From: Escherichia coli
GTDB taxonomy: Bacteria; Pseudomonadota; Gammaproteobacteria; Enterobacterales; Enterobacteriaceae
Length of the DNA stretch: 64,000 bases
NCBI RefSeq assembly: GCF_048403405.1
Contig: NZ_CP183129.1
Reading direction: 5' to 3' (one strand)
Shown here: positions 9,052 through 19,878 of the stretch, piece after piece
Numbering within the stretch: position 1 is the stretch's first letter
Layout of the letters: each line of letters opens with the position of its first letter
The notes under the pieces: generated by a model
Told to the model about the DNA's origin: nothing
Database searches by the model: none
The model's input: only the letters and a program-made list of their open reading frames with translations
Translations under genes and position numbers: made by a program

Positions 9052-11344
9052 ACCGCTGGCGGAGTCATCAATCCCGTCGGAAGCACTGACAGCGGTTTCT
9101 GAGGCGCTTCCGGCAGCGACCGCCGATGACGATGACAGCCAGCAGTTGCTGCTGAGCGGCATGAGCTGCGCCAGCTGTGTCACCCGCGTACAAAATGCGC
9201 TGCAAAGCGTACCGGGCGTCACTCAGGCACGGGTAAACCTGGCGGAGCGTACTGCGCTGGTGATGGGCAGTGCCTCCCCACAAGATTTAGTGCAGGCGGT
9301 GGAAAAAGCGGGCTACGGCGCGGAAGCGATTGAAGATGACGCTAAACGCCGCGAGCGCCAGCAAGAAACCGCCGTCGCTACGATGAAGCGCTTCCGCTGG
9401 CAGGCGATTGTCGCACTGGCGGTGGGTATCCCGGTGATGGTCTGGGGGATGATCGGCGATAACATGATGGTCACCGCCGACAACCGCAGCCTGTGGTTGG
9501 TTATCGGCCTGATAACCCTGGCGGTAATGGTTTTCGCCGGCGGGCATTTTTACCGCAGTGCATGGAAAAGCCTGCTGAACGGCGCGGCGACAATGGATAC
9601 GCTGGTGGCGCTGGGTACGGGCGTGGCGTGGCTCTATTCGATGAGCGTCAACCTGTGGCCGCAGTGGTTCCCGATGGAAGCGCGACATCTTTATTACGAA
9701 GCCAGCGCGATGATTATCGGTCTGATCAATCTCGGCCATATGCTGGAAGCGCGCGCGCGTCAGCGTTCTTCTAAGGCGCTGGAGAAATTACTCGATTTAA
9801 CCCCACCGACGGCGCGCCTGGTCACTGACGAAGGTGAAAAAAACGTGCCGCTGGCAGATGTTCAGCCAGGTATGTTACTGCGCCTGACGACCGGCGACCG
9901 TGTGCCGGTAGATGGTGAGATTACTCAAGGCGAAGCGTGGCTGGATGAAGCGATGCTGACGGGCGAACCTATCCCGCAGCAAAAAGGCGAAGGCGATAGC
10001 GTCCATGCCGGGACAGTGGTACAGGACGGCAGTGTGCTGTTTCGTGCCAGTGCGGTCGGCAGCCATACTACGCTGTCACGGATCATTCGCATGGTGCGAC
10101 AGGCCCAGAGCAGCAAGCCAGAAATCGGTCAACTGGCGGATAAAATCTCCGCCGTGTTTGTGCCGGTAGTGGTAGTCATTGCGCTGATCAGTGCGGCAAT
10201 CTGGTATTTCTTTGGTCCGGCACCGCAGATTGTCTATACCCTGGTGATTGCCACCACGGTGCTGATTATCGCCTGTCCGTGTGCGCTAGGACTGGCGACG
10301 CCGATGTCGATTATTTCGGGCGTCGGGCGGGCGGCTGAGTTTGGTGTGCTGGTGCGGGACGCCGACGCGCTGCAACGCGCCAGTACGCTCGACACCGTGG
10401 TGTTCGATAAAACCGGGACGCTGACCGAAGGGAAGCCGCAGGTTGTCGCAGTAAAAACATTTGCTGATGTTGATGAAGCGCAAGCATTGCGTCTGGCGGC
10501 GGCGCTGGAGCAAGGTTCCAGCCACCCGCTGGCACGGGCGATCCTCGATAAAGCAGGTGATATGCAGCTACCGCAGGTCAACGGTTTCCGCACATTGCGC
10601 GGGCTGGGTGTGAGCGGTGAAGCAGAAGGTCATGCGTTGTTGCTGGGTAATCAGGCGTTGTTAAATGAGCAACAGGTTGATACCAAAGCTATCGAAGCGG
10701 AGATTACTGCTCAGGCATCGCAAGGGGCAACGCCTGTGCTGCTGGCGGTTGACGGGAAAGCGGTAGCCCTGCTGGCTGTACGCGATCCGTTGCGTAGTGA
10801 TAGCGTGGCGGCGCTGCAACGCCTGCATAAAGCGGGATATCGTCTGGTGATGCTAACCGGGGATAACCCAACCACCGCCAATGCGATCGCCAAAGAAGCA
10901 GGGATTGATGAGGTGATAGCCGGGGTGCTACCGGACGGTAAAGCCGAAGCGATCAAACGTCTGCAAAGTGAAGGACGTCAGGTGGCAATGGTGGGCGACG
11001 GCATTAACGACGCGCCAGCGCTGGCTCAGGCGGATGTCGGTATTGCGATGGGTGGCGGCAGTGATGTTGCCATTGAAACCGCGGCGATTACCCTGATGCG
11101 CCATAGCCTGATGGGTGTTGCAGATGCGCTCGCGATTTCCCGCGCAACGCTGCGCAATATGAAGCAGAACCTGCTCGGCGCGTTTATCTACAACAGTATC
11201 GGTATTCCGGTCGCCGCCGGTATTTTGTGGCCGTTCACTGGAACACTGCTTAACCCGGTGGTTGCCGGAGCGGCAATGGCGCTCTCGTCGATTACCGTAG
11301 TGAGTAACGCTAACCGGTTGCTGCGGTTTAAACCGAAAGAGTGA
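8840..11344 (+). CDS. copA: Cu(I)-exporting P1B-type ATPase CopA (834 aa)
   Basis: Complete ORF; two N-terminal metal-binding motifs (GLSCGHC, GMSCASC), CPC and DKTGT motifs. Confidence 0.95.
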   Translation: MSQTIDLTLDGLSCGHCVKRVKESLEQRPDVEQADVSVTEAHVTGTASAEQLIETIKQAGYDASVSHPKAKPLAESSIPSEALTAVSEALPAATADDDDSQQLLLSGMSCASCVTRVQNALQSVPGVTQARVNLAERTALVMGSASPQDLVQAVEKAGYGAEAIEDDAKRRERQQETAVATMKRFRWQAIVALAVGIPVMVWGMIGDNMMVTADNRSLWLVIGLITLAVMVFAGGHFYRSAWKSLLNGAATMDTLVALGTGVAWLYSMSVNLWPQWFPMEARHLYYEASAMIIGLINLGHMLEARARQRSSKALEKLLDLTPPTARLVTDEGEKNVPLADVQPGMLLRLTTGDRVPVDGEITQGEAWLDEAMLTGEPIPQQKGEGDSVHAGTVVQDGSVLFRASAVGSHTTLSRIIRMVRQAQSSKPEIGQLADKISAVFVPVVVVIALISAAIWYFFGPAPQIVYTLVIATTVLIIACPCALGLATPMSIISGVGRAAEFGVLVRDADALQRASTLDTVVFDKTGTLTEGKPQVVAVKTFADVDEAQALRLAAALEQGSSHPLARAILDKAGDMQLPQVNGFRTLRGLGVSGEAEGHALLLGNQALLNEQQVDTKAIEAEITAQASQGATPVLLAVDGKAVALLAVRDPLRSDSVAALQRLHKAGYRLVMLTGDNPTTANAIAKEAGIDEVIAGVLPDGKAEAIKRLQSEGRQVAMVGDGINDAPALAQADVGIAMGGGSDVAIETAAITLMRHSLMGVADALAISRATLRNMKQNLLGAFIYNSIGIPVAAGILWPFTGTLLNPVVAGAAMALSSITVVSNANRLLRFKPKE

Positions 11345-11435
11345 TTGGTATTTACTTAATGCGTTTGTGAGATCCAGTTCTTGTTGCGCTCCTTTTATGA
11401 GTCATGCCATATAAAGTGACTGGCGCAGGGAGCGC

Positions 11436-11467
11436 GCAGGGGGCGGCCAATCGCCGCCGCCCCCTGC
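11436..11467. repeat. Perfect 12-bp GC-rich hairpin (GCAGGGGGCGGC / GCCGCCCCCTGC, 8-nt loop) within a GC-rich non-coding segment
   Basis: Read directly; no U-tract on either side, so not a canonical terminator. Confidence 0.6.
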
Positions 11468-11772
11468 ACCCCCGGGCTCTGGCGAACAAAATCGCCGCTG
11501 CGCGGTACCCTCAGCTTATCCCTTGCGGCTACCGGGTCGGGCGCGAGGTAACATCCCTGTAAAACGCGCCCTCAGCCCACATCCATGTGGGCTGCCCCGG
11601 CCTTCAGGGAACGCCTCGGCGATTTTGACGCCACCAACACCGGTGCAGTCTTTCGTTTCAAAGCAAAAACAATTTTTCGATCATATTTAAGCTACCACTG
11701 AACAAGCCTCATAACTCCATTTGCGCCATCCCTCCCCGCGCGCTAGCATGATATTTCACAAAGGGAGGTCGT

Positions 11773-12567
11773 ATGGATCTGTTGTACCGGGTAAAAACGC
11801 TTTGGGCCGCGCTGCGCGGTAATCATTACACCTGGCCTGCTATCGATATCTCTCTTCCCGGCAATCGCCATTTTCATCTGATTGGCAGTATTCATATGGG
11901 CAGCCACGATATGGCTCCCCTGCCCACCCGTTTGCTCAAAAAGCTCAAAAACGCCGATGCGCTGATCGTCGAGGCGGATGTTTCCACCAGCGATACGCCT
12001 TTTGCTAATTTGCCTGCCTGCGAGGCGCTGGAAGAGCGCATTAGCGAGGAGCAACTCCAAAACCTGCAGCACATTAGCCAGGAGATGGGCATTTCTACCT
12101 CACTCTTTTCTACCCAACCGCTGTGGCAAATCGCGATGGTTCTTCAGGCGACGCAGGCACAAAAACTGGGGCTGCGGGCAGAATACGGTATCGATTACCA
12201 GCTATTGCAGGCGGCGAAGCAACAACATAAACCCGTGATTGAACTGGAAGGGGCTGAAAACCAGATTGCCATGTTGCTCCAGCTCCCTGACAACGGACTG
12301 GCGCTGCTGGACGATACGCTGACCCACTGGCACACCAATGCACGGTTGCTGCAACAAATGATGAGCTGGTGGCTGAATGCGCCGCCGCAAAATAATGAAA
12401 TAACGCTGCCTAATACGTTCAGTCAGTCGCTGTATGATGTGCTGATGCATCAGCGAAATCTCGCCTGGCGGGACAAATTATGCGCCATGCCGCCGGGGCG
12501 CTATGTGGTCGCAGTCGGTGCACTACACCTGTATGGAGAAGGGAATTTGCCGCAGATGTTGCGCTAA
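11773..12567 (+). CDS. ybaP: TraB-family protein YbaP (264 aa)
   Basis: Complete ORF with AGGGAGG RBS; sequence recognisable. Confidence 0.9.
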   Translation: MDLLYRVKTLWAALRGNHYTWPAIDISLPGNRHFHLIGSIHMGSHDMAPLPTRLLKKLKNADALIVEADVSTSDTPFANLPACEALEERISEEQLQNLQHISQEMGISTSLFSTQPLWQIAMVLQATQAQKLGLRAEYGIDYQLLQAAKQQHKPVIELEGAENQIAMLLQLPDNGLALLDDTLTHWHTNARLLQQMMSWWLNAPPQNNEITLPNTFSQSLYDVLMHQRNLAWRDKLCAMPPGRYVVAVGALHLYGEGNLPQMLR

Positions 12568-12649
12568 AAAAATGGCCAATATCGCTATTGGCCCGTCAAA
12601 GAGGAATTTCATATTTTTATTATTATGCCGTCACTTTAAGCGACGGTGT
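12566..12649 (-). ncRNA. chiX: ChiX (SroB/MicM) small regulatory RNA, 84 nt
   Basis: Reverse complement reads ACACCGUCGCUUAAAGUGACGGCAUAAUAAUAAAAAUAUGAAAUUCCUCUUUGACGGGCCAAUAGCGAUAUUGGCCAUUUUUUU with the CCUCUUUGACGGG seed and terminator hairpin; lies between ybaP and ybaK. Confidence 0.85.
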
Positions 12650-12769
12650 AACTCGATTGTCGCTCAATCTCACCATCCTGCCAATACTCTTAGGCAAGAT
12701 GACTCTTTTTTTGGACCGCCATCAGGCGTATGCTTGCTTCGTTTTTTTGTTTAAGGCAGGAAAATTACC

Positions 12770-13249
12770 ATGACACCCGCAGTTAAATTACTCGAAAAAA
12801 ACAAGATTTCGTTTCAAATCCATACCTACGAGCACGATCCGGCTGAAACCAATTTTGGCGATGAAGTCGTCAAAAAATTAGGTTTGAATCCGGATCAGGT
12901 CTACAAAACGCTGCTGGTCGCAGTGAACGGTGATATGAAACACCTTGCCGTGGCCGTTACGCCGGTCGCAGGTCAACTGGATCTTAAAAAAGTAGCAAAA
13001 GCGCTGGGTGCCAAGAAAGTTGAGATGGCCGATCCGATGGTTGCGCAGCGTTCGACGGGATATCTGGTTGGGGGGATTAGCCCTCTGGGGCAGAAAAAAC
13101 GTCTGCCAACGATTATCGACGCCCCCGCACAAGAATTTGCCACTATTTATGTTTCCGGTGGCAAGCGCGGACTGGATATCGAACTGACGGCAGGCGATCT
13201 GGCGAAGATCCTCGATGCCAAATTTGCTGATATCGCCCGCCGCGATTAA
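12770..13249 (+). CDS. ybaK: Cys-tRNA(Pro)/Cys-tRNA(Cys) deacylase YbaK (159 aa)
   Basis: Complete ORF; sequence recognisable. Confidence 0.92.
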   Translation: MTPAVKLLEKNKISFQIHTYEHDPAETNFGDEVVKKLGLNPDQVYKTLLVAVNGDMKHLAVAVTPVAGQLDLKKVAKALGAKKVEMADPMVAQRSTGYLVGGISPLGQKKRLPTIIDAPAQEFATIYVSGGKRGLDIELTAGDLAKILDAKFADIARRD

Positions 13250-13254
13250 GCATT

Positions 13255-13278
13255 GTGCCGGATGCGAACATCCGGCAC
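13255..13278. terminator. Hairpin between convergent ybaK and ushA (REP-like, bidirectional terminator)
   Basis: GTGCCGGATG-cgaa-CATCCGGCAC, with TTT on the plus side. Confidence 0.6.
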
Positions 13279-13285
13279 TTTCGGA

Positions 13286-14938
13286 TTACTGCCAGCTCAC
13301 CTCACCTTTCGGTTCATAAACACTCACATCCAGCGGCGAGCTTTTCTGGATATACGCTTTCAGCACTTCGGCATCAATAAAGCCGGTATTCACATAGCCC
13401 GGTTTGTTATCAAGGCGCGGATATCCATCACCGCCGGTGGCATTGAAGTTTAATGTCGCCATGCGGTAAGTTTTCGCCGGATCGACCGGTTCGCCGTTGA
13501 TTTTCAGGTCGTTGAGTTTGCCGTCTTTCGCCACAAAGCTAACGTTGGCAAATTGCGGGTAGGCACCTGAATCTGGCTTCATTTGTGCGACGGCGGTCAG
13601 GTAATCAATCACCTCTTTACCGGTCATGTCGGCATACACCACCACATTGCCGAATGGCTGCACTTTCAGCACGTTTTTATAGCTGATATCGCCTGCTTCG
13701 ATAGAATCACGAATTCCGCCTCCACTCATCACCGCAAAGTCAGCACCAGTGCGATCCATTTGGGCTGCCAGAATTAACCGCCCCATATTGGTCTGTACAA
13801 AACGCACTTTGTCACGATCGCCTTCCAGACGACCATTGGTTTCGCCTATTTTCACGTCCAGCTGCGCTTTGCCTTTGTTCTGGAACGGCGATAACAGCGA
13901 GATCATTTGCTGGTTTTCAGCGATTTCAGGGGTGTACAGCACGCGCTCGCTTTTCCCGTCTTCCCAGGTCACTTTCTTCTTCAGGTTCACCGGAATCAGC
14001 TGGTAGTTAACCATTTTCATTTCGCCATTACGAAACTCAAAATCAGCCCGTCCCACGTATTTGCCCCACTCATGCGCCTGCACAATCCAGATGCCGTTTT
14101 GTTGATCTGGTTTGCATGGCGTACCCGGCACGTAATCGACCTGTTTTTTGTTTTCTGCCGCCATGCAGACCGGATCTTGCGAGTGACCACCGACGATCAT
14201 CGCCAGCGATCTGGCAGGCAGCGCGCGTGCCATCTCCACATCGCCCGGTGCATTAGAGCCGTGCTCACCATTGTCGTAATGCCCCATATGGGTCGCCGCG
14301 ATAATAATGTCTGGCTTTTCTGTCTGTTGCAGCTCCTGAATCACCAGCTTCGCTTCATCGGCGGGCTTACGGAACTCAATATCGGTGAAGTTTTCTGGGT
14401 TGCCTAACTTCGCTGTGTCATCCGTCGTCAGGCCAATAACGGCAATTTTCAGATCCTGACGCTTAAACAGCGCCCATGGTTTAAACAGGCGCTCGCCGGT
14501 ACTTTTCTGGTAGATATTGGCAGAAAGTAACGGGAACTTTGCCCACTTTTCCTGCTGACGTAATACGGTGAGCGGGTTATCAAATTCATGATTACCGATT
14601 GCCATCGCATCGTAACCCACCAGATTCATGCCGCGAAAATCAGGTTCGGCATCCTGTAAGTCAGACTCGGGCACGCCAGTGTTAATGTCGCCACCGGAAA
14701 GTAGCAACACGCTACCGCCTTCAGCCGCAACCTCTTTGCGGATACCATCCACCAGCGTTTTTTGCGCCGCCAGACCATATTCGCCATATTCATTGCGCCA
14801 AAAATGCCCATGATGATCATTGGTATGCAGAACTGTAATTTTGTAGGTTTTATCCTGCTCATACGCCAGAGCAGTTTCACTCGCCAGTGTAAATGTGGTT
14901 AACAGTGCTAACGCCACGCCCCGCTGCAATAATTTCAT
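13286..14938 (-). CDS. ushA: Periplasmic 5'-nucleotidase / UDP-sugar hydrolase (550 aa)
   Basis: Complete ORF; signal peptide and metallophosphatase motifs (e.g. GNHEFD). Confidence 0.95.
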   Translation of the reverse strand: MKLLQRGVALALLTTFTLASETALAYEQDKTYKITVLHTNDHHGHFWRNEYGEYGLAAQKTLVDGIRKEVAAEGGSVLLLSGGDINTGVPESDLQDAEPDFRGMNLVGYDAMAIGNHEFDNPLTVLRQQEKWAKFPLLSANIYQKSTGERLFKPWALFKRQDLKIAVIGLTTDDTAKLGNPENFTDIEFRKPADEAKLVIQELQQTEKPDIIIAATHMGHYDNGEHGSNAPGDVEMARALPARSLAMIVGGHSQDPVCMAAENKKQVDYVPGTPCKPDQQNGIWIVQAHEWGKYVGRADFEFRNGEMKMVNYQLIPVNLKKKVTWEDGKSERVLYTPEIAENQQMISLLSPFQNKGKAQLDVKIGETNGRLEGDRDKVRFVQTNMGRLILAAQMDRTGADFAVMSGGGIRDSIEAGDISYKNVLKVQPFGNVVVYADMTGKEVIDYLTAVAQMKPDSGAYPQFANVSFVAKDGKLNDLKINGEPVDPAKTYRMATLNFNATGGDGYPRLDNKPGYVNTGFIDAEVLKAYIQKSSPLDVSVYEPKGEVSWQ

Positions 14939-15155
14939 ACTTCTCTCCCTGACCTGATTTCAACGTGTTGAAAAATAGTATGACGCGACATCATAGACAA
15001 GTCTGCGTCCGGTGAAGATAAATCTGCATCCAGATTAGAAATTCTGTATTCAGCGTTGAGACTTCCTTCAGGCGACGCATACAGGTATGTTAGTCGGGTA
15101 ATAATCACAAATAAGATCATTCTTTACATCGCAACCCTGAAAAAGTGACTTTCCT

Positions 15156-16376
15156 ATGGCAATGAGTGAACAAACCCAGCCTGTGGCGGGCGCGGCTGCG
15201 TCAACGACCAAGGCCCGAACATCGTTTGGTATTTTAGGTGCTATCAGCCTCTCACATCTGCTGAACGACATGATCCAATCGCTGATTCTGGCGATTTATC
15301 CGCTGCTTCAGTCAGAATTTTCTCTGACATTTATGCAGATTGGCATGATAACCCTCACCTTCCAGCTCGCCTCTTCGCTACTGCAACCAGTGGTCGGCTA
15401 CTGGACCGATAAATATCCGATGCCGTGGTCGTTGCCAATTGGCATGTGCTTTACCTTAAGTGGTCTGGTGCTGCTGGCGCTGGCGGGCAGTTTTGGCGCA
15501 GTTCTGCTGGCGGCGGCGCTGGTCGGTACCGGTTCATCGGTCTTTCATCCGGAATCTTCTCGCGTGGCCCGTATGGCGTCCGGCGGGCGGCATGGCCTGG
15601 CACAATCTATCTTTCAGGTCGGCGGCAACTTTGGCAGCTCCCTGGGCCCCTTGCTGGCGGCGGTGATTATCGCGCCTTATGGCAAAGGCAACGTTGCCTG
15701 GTTTGTGCTTGCGGCACTGCTGGCGATCGTGGTGCTGGCGCAAATCAGCCGCTGGTACTCGGCACAGCACCGAATGAATAAAGGAAAACCCAAAGCGACG
15801 ATTATCAATCCACTGCCGCGCAACAAAGTGGTACTGGCGGTCAGCATTCTGTTAATCCTCATTTTCTCGAAATATTTCTATATGGCGAGCATCAGCAGCT
15901 ATTACACCTTTTATCTGATGCAAAAATTCGGATTATCTATCCAGAATGCCCAGCTTCATCTGTTTGCCTTCCTGTTTGCCGTTGCGGCAGGTACGGTGAT
16001 CGGCGGGCCTGTAGGGGATAAAATTGGACGGAAATATGTGATTTGGGGCTCTATCCTCGGCGTTGCGCCGTTTACGCTGATTTTACCCTACGCCAGCCTG
16101 CACTGGACGGGGGTTTTAACGGTGATTATTGGATTTATCCTCGCTTCGGCATTCTCTGCCATTCTGGTCTACGCTCAGGAGCTACTTCCGGGACGTATCG
16201 GTATGGTTTCTGGACTCTTTTTCGGTTTTGCTTTTGGCATGGGAGGTCTGGGAGCAGCAGTTCTGGGGCTTATCGCCGATCACACCAGCATCGAGTTAGT
16301 CTATAAAATCTGTGCTTTCCTGCCACTATTGGGGATGTTGACCATATTCCTGCCTGATAACCGGCATAAAGACTGA
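15156..16376 (+). CDS. fsr: Fosmidomycin resistance MFS transporter (406 aa)
   Basis: Complete ORF; 12-TM MFS-like sequence recognisable. Confidence 0.9.
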   Translation: MAMSEQTQPVAGAAASTTKARTSFGILGAISLSHLLNDMIQSLILAIYPLLQSEFSLTFMQIGMITLTFQLASSLLQPVVGYWTDKYPMPWSLPIGMCFTLSGLVLLALAGSFGAVLLAAALVGTGSSVFHPESSRVARMASGGRHGLAQSIFQVGGNFGSSLGPLLAAVIIAPYGKGNVAWFVLAALLAIVVLAQISRWYSAQHRMNKGKPKATIINPLPRNKVVLAVSILLILIFSKYFYMASISSYYTFYLMQKFGLSIQNAQLHLFAFLFAVAAGTVIGGPVGDKIGRKYVIWGSILGVAPFTLILPYASLHWTGVLTVIIGFILASAFSAILVYAQELLPGRIGMVSGLFFGFAFGMGGLGAAVLGLIADHTSIELVYKICAFLPLLGMLTIFLPDNRHKD

Positions 16377-16383
16377 TTTCTTT

Positions 16384-16417
16384 GCAGCCAAAGGCAAACT
16401 TTGGCTGCATCGTTTTA
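16384..16417 (+). terminator. Intrinsic terminator after fsr
   Basis: GCAGCCAAAG-gcaaa-CTTTGGCTGC followed by a T-rich tract, 8 nt after the fsr stop. Confidence 0.6.
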
Positions 16418-16613
16418 CAGTCGCCATAAGCCTTTCCTCTGTTAAACCGCCTTCAGTTTTCCGATCCGTGCTTTTTTTGCAGCTAATTCCATTTTTCTGC
16501 AAAATTCAACAATTATTCATAAACATCATCAATGAAATTGTCATAAACTATTACCTGTAATTTTGGTTTTCCCGGCCAAAAATGGACAATAACCACCAGG
16601 AAAAGGAGACGGA

Positions 16614-18290
16614 ATGCATCACGCCACCCCGCTTATCACCACCATTGTTGGCGGCCTTGTGCTCGCCTTTATCCTCGGCATGCTGGCCAATAAACTACGT
16701 ATTTCTCCTCTGGTGGGATATCTGTTAGCGGGTGTGCTGGCAGGACCATTCACTCCGGGCTTTGTTGCCGATACCAAGCTTGCGCCGGAACTGGCTGAAC
16801 TGGGCGTCATTCTGTTGATGTTTGGCGTCGGTTTGCACTTTTCGCTGAAGGATTTGATGGCGGTAAAGGCCATCGCCATTCCCGGTGCGATCGCCCAGAT
16901 AGCCGTGGCGACGCTGCTGGGTATGGCGCTCTCCGCCGTGCTGGGCTGGTCGTTAATGACCGGTATCGTGTTCGGCTTATGCCTTTCCACCGCCAGTACC
17001 GTGGTGTTACTGCGCGCACTTGAAGAACGGCAATTAATAGACAGTCAGCGTGGGCAAATCGCCATCGGTTGGTTGATTGTGGAAGACCTGGTAATGGTTC
17101 TGACGCTGGTGTTGCTGCCCGCAGTGGCAGGAATGATGGAACAAGGCGATGTGGGCTTTGCCACTCTTGCTGTCGATATGGGGATCACCATCGGCAAGGT
17201 GATCGCATTTATCGCCATTATGATGCTGGTAGGTCGCCGTCTGGTGCCGTGGATTATGGCACGCAGCGCAGCAACCGGTTCCCGTGAGCTGTTTACCCTG
17301 TCGGTGCTGGCGCTGGCGTTAGGGATTGCCTTTGGTGCGGTGGAGCTGTTTGATGTCTCCTTTGCACTCGGTGCGTTCTTTGCCGGGATGGTACTGAACG
17401 AGTCTGAACTGAGTCACCGTGCCGCCCACGATACGCTGCCATTGCGCGACGCGTTTGCGGTGCTGTTTTTTGTCTCCGTCGGGATGTTGTTTGATCCGTT
17501 AATTCTGATTCAGCAACCGCTGGCAGTGCTGGCGACGCTGGCGATTATTCTGTTTGGTAAGTCGTTAGCCGCGTTTTTCCTGGTGCGACTGTTTGGTCAC
17601 TCCCAACGTACGGCATTAACTATCGCCGCCAGCCTGGCGCAAATTGGTGAGTTCGCGTTTATCCTGGCGGGACTGGGCATGGCGCTGGATCTGTTGCCGC
17701 AAGCCGGGCAGAACCTGGTACTGGCAGGGGCGATTTTGTCGATTATGCTCAACCCGGTCCTGTTTGCGCTGCTGGAGAAATATCTGGCGAAGACCGAAAC
17801 GCTGGAAGAGCAGACGCTGGAAGAGGCTATCGAAGAAGAGAAGCAGATCCCAGTGGATATTTGCAACCATGCGCTACTGGTAGGTTACGGTCGTGTAGGC
17901 AGCCTGCTGGGGGAGAAATTGCTCGCCTCTGATATTCCTTTAGTGGTGATTGAGACGTCACGAACCCGTGTTGATGAACTGCGAGAGCGCGGGGTCCGCG
18001 CAGTATTGGGCAATGCGGCGAACGAAGAAATTATGCAACTGGCGCATCTGGAATGTGCTAAATGGCTGATCCTGACGATTCCCAACGGTTATGAAGCGGG
18101 CGAGATTGTGGCATCTGCCCGCGCGAAAAATCCGGATATTGAGATTATTGCCCGCGCCCATTATGACGATGAAGTGGCGTATATCACCGAACGTGGGGCA
18201 AATCAGGTAGTGATGGGTGAGCGTGAAATTGCTCGTACTATGCTGGAACTGCTAGAAACGCCACCGGCGGGTGAGGTGGTGACGGGGTAA
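16614..18290 (+). CDS. ybaL: CPA2-family cation:proton antiporter YbaL (558 aa)
   Basis: Complete ORF; membrane domain plus C-terminal Rossmann/TrkA-like domain. Confidence 0.9.
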   Translation: MHHATPLITTIVGGLVLAFILGMLANKLRISPLVGYLLAGVLAGPFTPGFVADTKLAPELAELGVILLMFGVGLHFSLKDLMAVKAIAIPGAIAQIAVATLLGMALSAVLGWSLMTGIVFGLCLSTASTVVLLRALEERQLIDSQRGQIAIGWLIVEDLVMVLTLVLLPAVAGMMEQGDVGFATLAVDMGITIGKVIAFIAIMMLVGRRLVPWIMARSAATGSRELFTLSVLALALGIAFGAVELFDVSFALGAFFAGMVLNESELSHRAAHDTLPLRDAFAVLFFVSVGMLFDPLILIQQPLAVLATLAIILFGKSLAAFFLVRLFGHSQRTALTIAASLAQIGEFAFILAGLGMALDLLPQAGQNLVLAGAILSIMLNPVLFALLEKYLAKTETLEEQTLEEAIEEEKQIPVDICNHALLVGYGRVGSLLGEKLLASDIPLVVIETSRTRVDELRERGVRAVLGNAANEEIMQLAHLECAKWLILTIPNGYEAGEIVASARAKNPDIEIIARAHYDDEVAYITERGANQVVMGEREIARTMLELLETPPAGEVVTG

Positions 18291-18324
18291 ACGGTGGTTG
18301 CCGGATGTAAAATATGAAAAATAT

Positions 18325-18408
18325 GTAGGCATGATAAGACGCGCCAGCGTCGCATCAGGCATCGAGAGCCAAATGCCAGATGCGGCGTGAACGCCTTATC
18401 TGGCCTAC
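18325..18408. repeat. Two REP units in opposite orientation (BIME) between ybaL and gsk
   Basis: GTAGGCATGATAAGACGCGCCAGCGTCGCATCAGGC and GCCAGATGCGGCGTGAACGCCTTATCTGGCCTAC match the enterobacterial REP pattern. Confidence 0.8.
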
Positions 18409-18422
18409 GAACCGACGATAAC

Positions 18423-19727
18423 TTAACGATCCCAGTAAGACTCTTCCAGGCTGTCTTCACGCTCCGGTAAGCCGCGCGTTAAACGAGGTGAATGCTGGTT
18501 CAGTACCTGATAGCTCACACGGTTAGCATATTTACACACCTGCGCTAACGATGAATAAGTTAACCAGGTGAATTTATGTTTGCTGGAGTTTGGTACGTTG
18601 CTACGGTGATAGCTGTTGGCGGTAATGTCATGCAGCAACGCTGCCAGTGCGCCATCCCCCGCTCCGTTGGTGTTCATGATTTTTTCCGGCCCGCCCATAT
18701 ACGGCGCAATGTGCGAATAGACACGCAGCGGATTCTGGCAATCCTTGTGGCGCATGGCACGGCTAAACTCATACTGGTTAAATTCCGCTATAGCGCCCGG
18801 CAGCAGCGGATGCTGGGTTTTACGTTTCGCTTCGTCTTCGGTAAAGCCCGCCATATACAAGCCGATTGGCCCTGCGGTGCACAGCACCAGATCAACCCAG
18901 TCCAGCGCCTTGTCAGATGCCAACAACGGATCGCTTTCTCCGGTCAACGCTTCGGCCTCATCTTCGTTCATCGCAAGGATAGAAACGTGATCTTTGAGGA
19001 ATTGCTGCCACCACTGCGGGTTCTCGGCAATGACAAACTTGGTGCCCAGCGTCAGCACCACCGGTACGTTATATTTTTTCGCGTACTCAATGGCTTTCAT
19101 GGTTGCTTCCGGCATGGGTTCACCCGGCTTGCAACGCACCAGATAAGAGGTGAGAACCAGTGCCGAGGCTCCGGCAATCACATCTTCCGGAATACTTTCA
19201 GCCCGCAGCTGGTTCATGTGGCCAGGGCTGATAGCAAAGGTACGTTCCCCGGACTCGCCAATCAGCGTAAAGCAACGACCAATCGGGCCATCCACGCCTT
19301 GTAGATAGTTAAGATCGGTACGGCTGGAGGTATTACACAGGTAACGATAGGCATAGCTGCCAATTTCAATATTGCTGCACATGACGCCCAGCAGCACCGA
19401 ACGGTCGTCCGCGAGCACCGAGTAGTTGTGCATGGTGTTACCAATAGTGCCACCCGCAAATTGATGGGTAATCAGATTTTTCTGTTTTAGTTCCTGATAA
19501 AGCGCTTCGGCTACGTCATCCTCAATCACCAGTGAATGCCCGGCGCTTAATCCATAACGCTCAATGAATTCATCATCCACTTTCGCTTCAATATCGACCA
19601 GCGTTTGATCGATACCCACTACCCAGGCGGCGCTGGTTTCGTTTTCTGGCTGGAATTGCTGAAGCAGCGGATCGCGTGCGTTTACGGGGAAGTAATGTTT
19701 GGATTTACGTTTACCGGGAAATTTCAT
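18423..19727 (-). CDS. gsk: Inosine-guanosine kinase (434 aa)
   Basis: Complete ORF; sequence recognisable. Confidence 0.93.
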   Translation of the reverse strand: MKFPGKRKSKHYFPVNARDPLLQQFQPENETSAAWVVGIDQTLVDIEAKVDDEFIERYGLSAGHSLVIEDDVAEALYQELKQKNLITHQFAGGTIGNTMHNYSVLADDRSVLLGVMCSNIEIGSYAYRYLCNTSSRTDLNYLQGVDGPIGRCFTLIGESGERTFAISPGHMNQLRAESIPEDVIAGASALVLTSYLVRCKPGEPMPEATMKAIEYAKKYNVPVVLTLGTKFVIAENPQWWQQFLKDHVSILAMNEDEAEALTGESDPLLASDKALDWVDLVLCTAGPIGLYMAGFTEDEAKRKTQHPLLPGAIAEFNQYEFSRAMRHKDCQNPLRVYSHIAPYMGGPEKIMNTNGAGDGALAALLHDITANSYHRSNVPNSSKHKFTWLTYSSLAQVCKYANRVSYQVLNQHSPRLTRGLPEREDSLEESYWDR

Positions 19728-19878
19728 GGTTGTTTTTACGGGTGGTTAACTGAGCGGCGAATGTTAACACAATCTGACGGGAGCGCGCGAGACGCAGCCA
19801 GTTTCAATATCAGCAGGCGGGATCGCATTTTCATGGCAGTGGTTCCTTACAATGACGTAATTTGAAAGGAGTTTTTGC

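Noticed and set aside
11420-11640. GC-rich palindromic segment considered as a CRISPR repeat, IS end or integron attC site
   Set aside because: No repeat-spacer periodicity, no transposase ORF, no terminal inverted repeats flanking a coding region and no attC-like core sites seen; kept only as an unexplained structured segment.
18576-19304. 242-aa plus-strand ORF
   Set aside because: Antisense to gsk.
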